Shown here: positions 14,001 through 25,948 of the stretch, piece by piece | Numbering within the stretch: position 1 is the first letter of the stretch | Layout: each line of letters opens with the position of its first letter | Assembly (NCBI GenBank): GCA_040954595.2 | Contig: CM082580.2 | Span: 12,228,909-12,292,908, forward strand | DNA from: Balanoglossus misakiensis | Taxonomy: Eukaryota > Animalia > Hemichordata | Reading direction: 5' to 3' | DNA length: 64,000 nt | Program-made: the position numbers and the translations under genes | Notes under the pieces: model-generated | What the model was told of the DNA's origin: nothing | Databases searched by the model: none | Seen by the model: the letters and a program-made list of their open reading frames with translations, nothing else

Positions 14001-17000
14001 TTTTGCCTTTTATTTTGGTCCCATTCTGCTCACGGGCCAATAGACAGTCACTGTACAGGACCATTGCACAGACGTGGACATAGCGTCATAGCTTAACTAT
14101 AGAAAGTATAGGCCCTTGGCTTGGTCCAAAAATATGAAAAACTAATAATATTTAAAAGTCTTCTTCTCAAAATAGACTTGGCCCACAACCTTGATATTTG
14201 GTATGTTGGATACTGACCACATGGTCCAGAAAGTATCCTAACAGAATTTTGATATCTCAATTCATATGCAAATTAGGCCCATTTGAAAACTTTGCCCATA
14301 TATGGTCAACAGGTCACATGACTAATTAAACATTCACAAGGGTACTGCACCAGCTCTCATAGGCCTGCACCATTTTGCCAAGTTTGAAATTTGTAGGTTC
14401 AGCCGTTTTCAAGATCCTATTGGCCGAAAAAACTACACAAGAAAAAAAAGAAGAAAAACCAGGATAATACCAATAGGGCCCAAGCGCTGCATGCGCTTGG
14501 GCCCTAATAATAATAAAGAAAAATTCCAACAATACCAATGGGGGCACAAGCCGCCTGAGGGCGCTTGTGCCCCCAAAAACAGTCAAAGTTGCCTGCAGTT
14601 TTCCGTGTTTAACATTTCTTTGCAAATAACGCCCTCCGTAGTCTGGCAAGACATGTGGGTTATGTCAGAGTTATACCCTTGAAAGATGAATGAAATGCTT
14701 GCGAAAGGTGCTGCTCACTGTCAAATATGTTGCTGTAACCACCATCATGTATAGACATGTTTATTGTATCTTTAGGCAATCCTACCTGAGACTGCAAGAC
14801 ACTATCTGTACTAGACATCGTGTCGATTGCGACCCAGGTGACGGCAATTACAATATCCACAATAACCATGACAACGACGCCCAGTATGAGTCTTGAGTCC
14901 CCAACGCGCTGCAGGGGGAATGTATTAAAGTGAGTGTACCAAAAGCTCAGGACTAAACGCTTTGAAACATGTCACCGCATTTGATAAATGCTGTGATGCA
15001 AGTGACTTACAACGCACTCTGAAGACTGAAAAAGCATAGGAAAGACGGAAACAGGCGCGACATCCATAAGTACCAGCAAGACTCTTAAAATATGGCCAAG
15101 GGACAATATGTACTTTACTCTGAAGTATCAAATGACAGAGTATATCCACGCGTGTATAGAGTGTGTTACACTTGTGGAAGTTGAACACCGAATAATAACA
15201 TGTAATTTCAATTGTTGCATGTTTCTTCTGTTGGAGCACTCTTCGAATACTCCTTACATTTATAGAAAACTCTCTCAAAACCACACTTTAGGACCACACC
15301 CCAGACATACTCTCCTCTCGCTGATACTCAGACGTAGACTTGTAGAGAAGATAATGCCCAGGATAAACAAAAATGAAAGCAGAAAAACAGTAAAGCGTAA
15401 CTCACAATTGCTCCAAACTTTTCCATAGCAATCTTGAAAATAGCGTAGACTCTGTACGTCTTCATAAACAGTGCCCCCAGAGCAAGCGACAGACCAACTG
15501 ACAACAGTAGAGGGCGTCCCTAGAATTAGATTTAGATGGTACAAGTAGTAAAGAACCCACTGATGCCTTTAGAGTCGCCTGATCAGTAATTATAAAATTA
15601 TATTCTCATCCAGTGGTCGTTTTGACTGAGAAATACAATACCTCTACATCAGAAAGTGAAATTGCGTCCCACATAAAGAAATCAATAAGTTACGCACATG
15701 ACACTGGACAGTAAACATCATCGGCGACATATCTGACGTGTCCACTCCATACAGAAAGATCAGGATATACAGCAAAATGCATCCGACGAGGATGAAGTTG
15801 TTCAAGAATGGACTTGAGATCTTGATGACCCTGAGAGTTGAGAAAGGGATGACATTGTATGACATCATTGTAATTATTAGCTTTTTACAATGAACTACTT
15901 ACCATAAAAAGACAAATATCAAATACAACAACTCAGGTGCTATAATGCATAACTATTGTGATTTCGAATGTTACACGTGGCAAGCAAATGGTCCGAAGAA
16001 ATACCAATCAACTCATTTTGCAAGTTATACAGAAGAATAGTACTAGTTTTAATGCCACTTACTTCATTTTTCTGTATTTGATATTCAGCGCCAGGCACAC
16101 CAAAGAAAATACAATCCCAATACACGCCAAAGTATACATTACGATGCGAGCAGCAAATAAAGGAATGACAACAACACGGATTTCCTCAACTCCGTCTTTC
16201 GGTGGCAGTTTCCCTAATAATCAGAGATAATTCCCGATTATTAAAAAATTCCTTGAGTTCCTGATTTCTCAACTGCCACTATGCCAGGAATGGAAAACCC
16301 CGACCCCTTCATTTTCAATATGTCTAAGTGGGATTTACACATACTAACCTCCAAGTTTATGAATAATGTATAACATGAGATAACAGTTATTTGCCTAAAT
16401 AATGAAAAGCAATTGCATTGAAAGATGTCTTACATTTAACCTGTAAAGAATTAGAATTCAAACCTTGTCACTCTATGAATTTAGTTACTGCATGTGTAAT
16501 ACATCATATTCAAAACACCAAGGTTACTGTAACGCAAGCTACTGTAGTTTCGAAGGGGATTTAGAATAGCAATATAAGTATTACAATGCAGGAGGCCTGT
16601 ATATATTTACCACGCCACCGAATACGGTTGTTGTGACTCCATCTGATAGCATCGCTCCCAGAATCATAAATTCCCACCTGAACCATATCGTCGCCTGCAA
16701 TTTAACGAGAGGCATGGTAGCATTCGTAAATAGCAGTGTTCATTAAGTTCGCAAAATTTAATTGTTAATACATAACAATTATTATCTTTCAAACAATTAA
16801 TTTGTAAAAAAAAAAAAAAAAGGCGAATCCCCGATAAAGGACCAGATCTCAGTATTGTATCTTATCATCCACTCTCTCAACATTCAAGAAATGCTTCTTC
16901 GCCAAAGGATCTGTTTCAATGACAACGTATGAGATGGTGTGTAGCTATAGCAACATATATAGAGATGTGCATGACATTTTGAACTGAACACTTTCAAATG

Positions 17001-20000
17001 TTTCTATAATGACAACGCGAGATGTTGTCTACCTCAAAGGCAGCGACTCACTTATTAATATATTTGCGGTACATGTACTTTCATCGGTGTGTGTACAAAC
17101 GAATCATAACTAAACAGTGTATAATACACCACCACAATCTCCCTCTTGTACTTGTCCATCGGTCATTACCTTGTAACTGTTCTATCACCATCTCAGAGAT
17201 TCTGTCTCCAGCGGCAGTAAACTCTATTCGACCCTGAAGAATACAACATTCACTAAGTTATTTCTAAGAGATCATAAAATCACATTATATTACACCCAAC
17301 AACCACTTCAGCTAATTTCTTCCCAAATAGATGAAGTCAGATCCATAGTCGTAAACAACACCTTGAGACAAAGTGATGTCCTTCTGTAAATCATTGTTTA
17401 CTTGTCCTTGGCATTCGGCTTTGAACGAGCCCCTATCATTCATTCATTCGCTCGACCCTATCTCATTTACAGGCCAATACCCTCATTTCTCTCACCCGCT
17501 CCATAAACCTAGATGAGAATCGGGTTGCAGTATTCTGGGTCTATTTATCCATTGTCGAAATATACTATTCCAAATATCGTATTCACAACATTGTCTTCTT
17601 CAGTACGGAACATCCAGCTGCCTTACAAATTCAATGTAAGCACTCTGTATCTTATTCAGTTTTGTTGCAAAGAAACGCTTCAGATTCAACCATATTTTTC
17701 TGAAGAAACCCTAGATAATCTTTCGATCTTCAAAGAACGCGGACACTCCATAATTAACACAGTGTAGCCAGATTTTGGATTCAACCACTGTTAGAAAAAC
17801 AGGCTTGCACTAAACTCACCGTGACACCATGGAGATTCAAATTCTGCAATGACTCTTTCAAGACATTTGTCATCTCGACATCCTGGTAGGTAAAATCCAC
17901 CAGATTTCGAGGGGGGTCCAGGTGTGATAGCAGAAGTTCAGAGTTATTTAAAGCGATGGCCACAGAGATAATTGTATCATAGCCGAATCCAGCGTAGTAA
18001 TATGTGGATTGCATGCGAGCGTAGAAATCCAGATCTGCGTGATCCGGAGTCTAGAACATCAAAAAGTTACAAAAGTGTTTTGATTAAACATTACAAAATC
18101 GTGAAAAAGGTGTCTTTTTAATGACTACATAATGGAGCTCGAATCACAGATTTCAACTGATTGTTATACAGCTGCATAACAAATTTCAGCAATTTTAAAG
18201 TAAACTCGGCTAATCCTTACAGGCTTCTAATAATCTCTAGCCATAATGCCTTGTCAGGATTAACTCAAGGAGCCTTGAGATGATGCATTAATGATTTAAG
18301 TATTTCTTATTGTCGTGTTCAGTTAGTAATACTAGAAAGAGACTCCCTTATCTGTTTTCAAATACCTTTCCCTCCATTATTCTGGGGGATTTAGATTTCG
18401 TCAATGCATAGAACTTTATTAAAACATATAGAATTGTATACAGGCGTAATGTGTACATTATGTGCATGTTTTTGAAATCACAAATGCCTCACAGGTACTT
18501 GAGCCATGTTGCTGTGTGGAGTGCTTAAATTTGTAATACATTTGGAAAAGCGTCTTACAGGGACAGTGGGACTAAAGGAAAATCGCTGTTGCCGCTATCG
18601 TGTTACTATCAATAGCTGTTAACATTGCCAAAGGGTAAGACTCTCTGCCATTATTACACTTTTTAAATTAAACCTACCACGCCTTGAAAGTCGACGTGAC
18701 CGAAATCTTGCGTGTATGATGAAACCTTGACTCCTAAATACCCTTCCAAAGCATCCGTCATTTCTGCATCGGTGCAAGTGACGTCATTCTCACTACTGCG
18801 TCCGAGATACCACTTATCATTCAGCCAGCCAATCAGCATCCAAACATATTTCTGCCCATAGAGGTTTGATCTGTAAGCCTATGAAAAAAAGCATCAACGT
18901 ATATATGCTTGCTTTTTAATTTAAAGGTTTATAATTATCCCCAGATCGATTTTAGTGCATATGCGATAACCAGTGGTGTTTTACAGTACCGTAGTACCGT
19001 GGTAAAAATGAACCTTCCATGGTGACCTGCTTGCTTGAGCTACTATACCTCATTACCTGGCATATTATGTGTTTTGTCATATCCTCATAGGCCAATACGA
19101 TGATAATTCTGGCGTCGTGGTTCTGCAATAAAGGAATGTGAACACTTGTAACGAGACTAACATGAATATCTTCAGTTTAACTGGCGAACGGGGAGGTACC
19201 CAATTTCAAATATTTTCAGAAAGAAGTTAAAATTTGGTATATTCGTAGAACTGCTTGGCTTGCCCCGCGAACAATATTACGGACAAACGAAAGCTACACA
19301 ACAAATATTACACAAGCCAGAAAAATACCTTTAAACTTTGGATCTGGAGAGTGGGCTCAAATCCGCTCCGTATGTGCTCTACAGACAGGACATCATATCC
19401 TCCGTGTTTTTCCAGTAACGACACCAGTTCCTTCATAAGCTGCAATGTACATCGTAGTAAATTGTGAATTTCTGCTTAGAGTCTGGCTCCAACAGGATAA
19501 TCGTATAAGGCAAAGAGCACGTTTTAAAGACAAAGTCGACGACTCAACCGCCAAAGCAGAACTGAGCGGAAAATTCCAAACAGTTGCAATATTCGACATC
19601 AAGTGAACGTAAAAGTAAACACTAACTGTTACATTTTAGCGGGAGATTTCATATATGATTGGGCAAAGGAAAAGGAAGCGCCCGATTGGCTGAAAGGGAT
19701 CTCCAGCAGGATCCGCCTGGTGATGCAAAGCTCTAGTTCAAATAACAGTTATTCGTTCTCAGACTTTTATTAATTAAAAAATCAAACGAACTATCACCTT
19801 TTTGACACTCTCCCTGCTTGATTTTAAATGTTACCCGACCCACTCTATATTCGACAGTCTGACGAACAGTAGTTATCGCTTTCTTCTGACAATATTAGAA
19901 ATCACAAATAGGCCTATGCACTCCTCGAATAATCATTTCAGAAATACATTTTCAGATAGAAATATATATCAATGCGGCTGATGAACACTTTTATGTAATC

Positions 20001-22719
20001 AAGCCTGCAATTCTACAAAGAACCTATAATTATGATTATAATCTTCTCATCATATCGTCTACATTTCATATCGACTGAACGTTTGATTCTACAATAAGGC
20101 GTTCTCACCAGAGAAAATATTTCAGCATTTTCGTACAGAATCGCGACTTTCTTCCATTTGAAGTGACGCAATAAAGCTTCCCACGGTGGTACCAATGTAG
20201 TGTCGCTAGGATACAGTCGGAAAAACAAAGGGTATCTTTTCTGGTCAGAAAGCCCAGGAGATGACGCACTTCCAGAGACCTACCAAGGGAGACACGTGAG
20301 AAAAAAAGATTTAAAAACCCGGTCTGTACTTTCTTATGGTTCTGATATGGCCTCACACGTTGGCGGTAATCATTTATCGGTGCTTTTAAGTTAAATGCAC
20401 ACAACCTATTTTGTTATAAATATAAACGAGTCGGCTTTGAAAACAAACCAAATAGCATCCGTTGCGCTTCACGGATAAAATGTTTAGGGGTTTCCCGTTT
20501 CTGAATATCATCGCAGATAAAATTAATATCCCTCGGTGTTCTTCTTGTACATATGTCAACATAAAATGTTCATTAAAGACTTCAAGGTTTTTTCTTGAAG
20601 TTCGGGGAGAGGGCATCATCGGCGTTGATTTCACATTTCTGACCTAGAGGTGACACCGATGGATTTAGAGAAACGAGAACTTGATTGAGGTTGCCTACCT
20701 CAGAGCTATAACAACATTCTCAAACAGTAGACTTGATTAGGCTACTGCATAAATAAGTTTAGCATCAGCATCTCAGTCCCGCAATATGTAGTATGGATTT
20801 CAAGAAAAGTCGACAACTTAAGGTCTGTAGTCTGTTTTTTTTTAAATAACACCCAGTCTAAAATGTCCGAATCGTTGAAGCAAACTTTAACTTTGCCCGT
20901 TGAGATGCGCGCGAGATTCTTCTTTTTATATCAAAACTAAAGAGCATAGTCTATGGGAGTATACTATATTTTGTACATGTATATCCGAAACCTTGTCTAA
21001 GTCGAGTAGGCACTATATTTTCAACGCTATAGGGTACCCGAGTCAAAGCCGCATCCATTGTATGCCTTTTTAGAAACGTTCATCATCACCATCAGTAAAA
21101 TTTTCATCTGATCGTCATTTTATCGCCAACAGTTAATATAAATCTGAGTATGAAACGTGTAAGCTTATAGCCTGTGGTTTTGTAAAACGAATTGCTATCT
21201 ATTGTTGAAGTGAAATTAGATGGGACTCCAATTCACGCTTATTGACAGTAAACGCTGGTTGTTTCTGTGAATGTAGGCCTACAGACAAGCAGAATGGCTT
21301 TTTAACATCTCAAACCACTTTGATAGGGACAGTGTCAGTTTTCAGCCATAGTTACTCTGTTTTGTATGCTCACGATGCCATGTTTGGTTCAATAAAATGA
21401 TTGTGGAGTTTTGACATGGTTAATTTAGTGGGGTTTAGAATATCAGAACAGTTCATGGTTGCTCAACAACAAATATCCATCAGTCAGATTCGCTCTTGAA
21501 TATGACCAAAGCGTAGTGCGTGCCCTAAGTCAACTTTATCCTTGCTCGTACCGAACCAAGGTTTGAAGTCGCGACGCACGAATTCTGCTCAGTGCCCATT
21601 GCGTTTTGTAGTCACAATCACGAACAACATCATCATCATCGTCAAAGTAATTATCGCTCGTGGTTCTCGACGCAAATGTTAATGGCAAATAACGACCAGA
21701 CTTACCTGTACCAGGTTATATTGAGAGGCGACTTCACACACTGGTTGCGCAACCATGGAATTCGAAGAAACCACTAACAGAAGAAGTGTGGGCTTCTTGT
21801 AGATGAAATCATGCAGTATGGCAAGTCCATCGCCGGCCATCAAAGTCTGATAAATATGATATACGTGACATCATTAATTCAGTCATTTTGCAAATTTTAA
21901 CGCTAATAAACCCATTGTAACAAAAAATACTAGAGGTATACTAGAGGTATAACATCCAACTTCATTATGGTGAAGCACGACTTAAAGGTATACAGTCACC
22001 TCCAATTTACATACGCCCATATATGGCGGAAATGGCGTATTTGAGCGTTCTAAAGAACATATGATGGCGCTCTTTTTTTCGCGTGTGCCACCCACTGAAA
22101 ATCTGTGATTGGCTAGATTTCAATTTGCCATGGTAACTATAGCTAATTTACCATAGGTGACCGTATACCTTTAATGCATTTTTCAGAGAAAACGAACAGA
22201 AACGGCGCGCTGCATCAGAAAACTGGACACGAAACTTGATTCTACGAAAACCGATGTACATGCCTGTCAGATCATTCGCACCTGTACAAATTCATAGCTT
22301 GAGCTTGTTTGCAAAAGGTTTACCATCTTACACTGAGTCTTACTTTGCCACGGCTAGTCTGTGACTCTCCATTTGGCGGTTTTCAACTTAGACAAGGGGG
22401 TACCTCTCTTCACGGAATATTTCAGATAAAAGAATTAAAATAAGCTGCGAATGAAAATAAAAATAACACATACGTGAGAAACACTGGTGAAGTTCTCGAC
22501 CATCACTAACTCGTAATCTGGTAGAATGTGCGGATTTGCATTGACAAAATCCAACGCGTATTTGGATCCAAATTCCATTTCTCTGTTCACACCAGCAACA
22601 CCAACTGACTGGTACAGCCCGCCGATGTACAGAACTGTTTTCTGCGCGACATTTCGATCCACAAAACCAATGCACACAAGGAAAAATAGAATAATCGGTT
22701 TCGGTTTGGAGAAATACAT
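11063..22719 (-). CDS. GABA-B receptor-like class C GPCR, paralog 2 (complete, 17 exons, 803 aa)
   Basis: Exons: 22474-22719, 21706-21846, 20109-20279, 19329-19439, 19057-19122, 18678-18878, 17820-18050, 17170-17233, 16611-16694, 16063-16213, 15698-15830, 15406-15519, 14786-14908, 11875-12052, 11551-11714, 11260-11415, 11063-11140 (2412 nt including TGA). Exons 2-15 have the same lengths as in paralog 1. The same VFT and 7TM motifs are present (SSPGLSDQKRYPLFFRLYPS, LGALFMKTYRVYAIF, GVFLAWAIRSVQVTVLNESRQIALSVY). The C-terminus is coiled-coil-like: MDSLKETLISKLKEMDLLKKSYNRFRLELIDLKKE*. Confidence 0.92.
11446..11515. repeat. Degenerate (GATA/GACA)n microsatellite in a GPCR paralog 2 intron
   Basis: tagatagacagagatagatagg...tagatagatatctatagacaaacaggcagacagacagg. 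Confidence 0.65.
13321..14506 (-). mobile_element. HINE/DINE-1-like element B nested in the AAT microsatellite of element A
   Basis: Starts TATAGCTGCAAGCAGCGATGACGGGCCCAAGC. Ends with the hairpin AGGGCCCAAGCGC-TGCAT-GCGCTTGGGCCCT (14475-14505). AATAATAA tracts flank both sides. Confidence 0.72.
13362..14035. repeat. About 240-bp tandem repeat (about 2.8 copies) inside HINE B
   Basis: GTCACCCAAAA...TTTTGACCC(C/T)ATACTGGTCCA...GGTATGCACATAATTAATGAG recurs at about 13381, 13619 and 13858. Related units lie at 12200-12560 and, inverted, at 26780-27120. Confidence 0.85.
21986..22170. mobile_element. 185-bp MITE with TTAA TSD (Kolobok-like) in intron 1 of GPCR paralog 2
   Basis: TTAA|AGGTATACAGTCACCT...AGGTGACCGTATACCT|TTAA. 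The 16-bp TIR has one mismatch. AG...CT termini with TTAA fit Kolobok better than piggyBac (CC...GG). Confidence 0.8.
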
Positions 22720-25404
22720 GGCGATTTAACTCTGTTTGGAAAATGTCGGGTGGCCATCGGTTTATATAAGCTGATTAGTATGTGCGACGGTTTCAGAGTT
22801 AAAACCTTTTCTCTCACTGATTGGTTAATTGGAACTGGCAACTTGCCGTGCCGCACGTTTCCCGTCCAATCACGTGGCACCAATCTACAAAAGTGCCGCC
22901 AAGATGAGAAGAAATGAGTTGTGAAAGCCTACGCCTAAATGCTCAATTATTTAAATAAATGACAGCATCAAAAATATATCTATGCGGTCATGATATATTC
23001 ATGGACCGGGGCCTTTGTGGAAGAAGATTTAAACCATATGTGAGGCTTGGGGATTGAAAATAATTGTCGCGCCCGCACAAGGAGAAGTAGGGTAACACGA
23101 GTCCCGAAATTAAAAAACCCTTTCATAAGGAGGTAAAATTTGTAATGGAGTGTTAAATTATACATAATATACATATCTTTGGGAACTTTGGCCCATAGGA
23201 GTAATAAAATGCAGTTGTTTTCATCGGTTGGTTTTCTAACACCCCCTGGTTATAGACGGGGTGGATGTCGGGTACTAGTATTTTAAATTGTTATAAATTC
23301 TTGTTTTGGCATGAAGTATCACAAGTGGTGCATACTTAAATACAAAACCGTTAGTACCAACGTGTTCGGGACTACATCCACTCCCCCCCCCCCGACGCTT
23401 ATGGCACTAAAACCGGTGTGCGAAATGTTATTTAGGATATATTAGAAATCACCCAATCCCTCAGTTTTTACCGTCAGCAAGCAAGCTAATGCATGCCTAC
23501 ATGCATTTCAACAATCTTGTCGTCTGCAAATATAAATTATATTTGCAGCATTACATAAGTAGCCCAAAGCCAAACACATCAAGTATATTCAATAATTGTA
23601 ATTGAAACTCAATAATACATAACATTACTCGCGTGTCCATAACTACGGCCCGTATGGATATAAACTGAGGGGAGCCTGGAGACGCGGTCTCATTGAATCC
23701 GGTGATAAGATATTGGCCCCTCTCCCTATCTTAGAGCATGTAGTGGCAGACTAAACCAGGAGGACTCGAAGTTCGAACCAACGTACGTCCCACGGCACCA
23801 AATCTTAAAGTGAGTCAGTATTCAGAATGACAGCGCCATCCCTACTAAACGAGATTGGTCGATGCCCACAGTAGTGCCCAAAAGCTAAGGAAAATTGGGG
23901 CAACATCTAACAGACTAAAACAACAAATGAAACAGCACGATCTTGGAAACCAATTTAATATTAAAAATTAATCTAATATCTCCTCAGCAGCACATGCTTG
24001 CAGCGATCCATGGCCCATGATTTGTGTACAGTTTCAAGCATCGTATCTCATCATATTTGCTATGCTCAGAAGCCGAATTCACCCAACTCTTACACGCTTC
24101 CCGATCTTACTTTGTATTTTGACTGCTTGGCAAAGATTTGGATCTAACAAGAAGAAAAATATTAAGAGACAACTGTGATTATAATCATCACGAGCAAGCA
24201 GTATAGAAGTGCCGCCTGTAAGACAAAAGCCTGGAAATTAATCAGTGCGTCAAACTGCTCAAGGAGAAAACGACTGCAAAGTAATCAGTCATATTCGTAA
24301 AATGGCACTTCGATGATACCAAGAATGATATTTCGAGAACGTGCCAGCCAGGCATTTCAAATGAGCTACTTTTAACCATAGTACTTCACAAATATTAGTC
24401 ACCGTGCCCGAATAAGCCAATGGTTAGCCAATCACCAACTTGCTGTCCGTCCGGTAGAGTTTTCCCGGAGAAAATGACAGCGCGTTATTTGCTTTCAGAT
24501 ATTGAAATTATTGTGGATGACAGTCTTGGTTTCTCTGCGAAGGGCTTCATCCGCCTCTAATATCGAAAATCGCTCCGAAATCGTCTCCAAAGATTAATTT
24601 TTAGGCGTCGTTTGCCATGTCCACCTTGTTCCTTCTAACAGTGTGTACACGGTCAGGGTCACCTGACGGTACGTTTCAACATCAAAACACGACAGGCCGA
24701 TAGGTCCTTTGAAGTTTACCGACTTAACATCTCCCCCGCCCCCCCCCCCCCCCCCCACCCCTGCTTGTAACGAAGAACACGCCATCACCGGCCGATTTGT
24801 GATTCATTGACTAACACTCACGCCGCCAACGGCTAACAAATCATGACTTTCATAAAGCCGAGTATCCGATCTATGCTTTACTCGAAACAGGAAATTGCAC
24901 AGGCTTTTAAAAAAGAGAACATTTTGATACCATCAACACTACTTCGAAATTAGATATCGCCTTCTGGCAGTACATGTAATTCTAATTCGAAACCTTGCAT
25001 GAAAAAGGGATGATATTTTGTTTTGCGTAACTTTCTTCAGTTACAGTGCTTGAAAGGTCGGGGTTTAAGCCTATTCTAGCTATTCTAGCTGCGAGTTTGT
25101 CCATATAATATAAATTAAATATAATTTTCAATTCTGTAGGCGATTCAGCGAGTTTCTATAAAAAGGTCAAACGTGTTCAGATTGAACATAGAAATGCCCT
25201 TCCCTACAATTATAGTACATACTGATATGCCCTAATAGAGAAAATGCGCCTAATGACGTCTCCCAGTGTAAACCTTTCTCAAAGAGCACTCTCCTTTTCA
25301 GTACTTCGTCGAAATGTCATTGTAAAATTGAGAAATAGTCATGCGGTCTTCCTTCCGCTGTCCATGGATATGGAAAGCCACAGCTGTCTTAAGTCCATTG
25401 TTAC

Positions 25405-25695
25405 CATTATACAACGCTCATACATCTTTATACAATGTGCATACATCATTATACGCTGCTTGTGCATCATTATACGCTGCTTGTGCATCGTTATACGCTG
25501 TGAATACATCATTATACGCTCCCCATACATCAATATATGACGCTCATACATCTTTATACAATGTGCATACATCATTATACGCTGTGAATACATCATTATA
25601 CGCTCCCCATACATCATTATACGCTCCCCATACATCATTATACGACGCTCATACATCTTTATACAATGTGCATACATCATTATACGTCGCTCATT
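25405..25695. repeat. 21-bp minisatellite in the left arm of the foldback element (about 13 units)
   Basis: Unit resembles CATTATACGNNGCTCATACAT and produces the pseudo-ORF heptad HTSLY(A/D/N)xx. Confidence 0.9.
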
Positions 25696-25948
25696 CACCA
25701 TGATACTATGCCCATTCAGCATATGGCGCGCGTTTGGCTTTATACTATGCAGACATGTCATTATGATATGCTATGCCTAACCGCAATTCCGTCAAAGAGG
25801 GCGCACTTATACACATGACGGTACTGAAGTAAGACTCACATTCGGTTTCGGATTCAGTCTCGGATTCGGATTCAGTCTCGGATTCGGATTCGGTTTCGAG
25901 AGACTGCATTTTCAAGCAACCATCTGCATATTAGTATCGTTGGAATTT

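Larger units (their letters stand above)
12111..14577 (-). mobile_element. HINE/DINE-1-like element A in intron 13 of GPCR paralog 2, interrupted by element B
   Basis: One end is AAAGCTGCAAGCAGC (stem-loop) plus sub-TIR GGGGCACAAGCG (about 12113-12145). The other end is the hairpin GGGGCACAAGC-CGCCTGAGGGC-GCTTGTGCCCC (about 14541-14574), followed by an A-run. An (AAG)/(AAT) microsatellite lies at about 13298-13320. Homologous to 25949-27200. Confidence 0.75.

Noticed and set aside
23730-23800. tRNA or tRNA-derived SINE (B-box-like GTTCGAACC)
   Set aside because: I could not identify a convincing A-box spacing or cloverleaf stems.
24594-24788. 64-aa ORF with poly-Gly
   Set aside because: The poly-Gly comes from a C homopolymer. 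There is no recognisable domain or supported splice partner.
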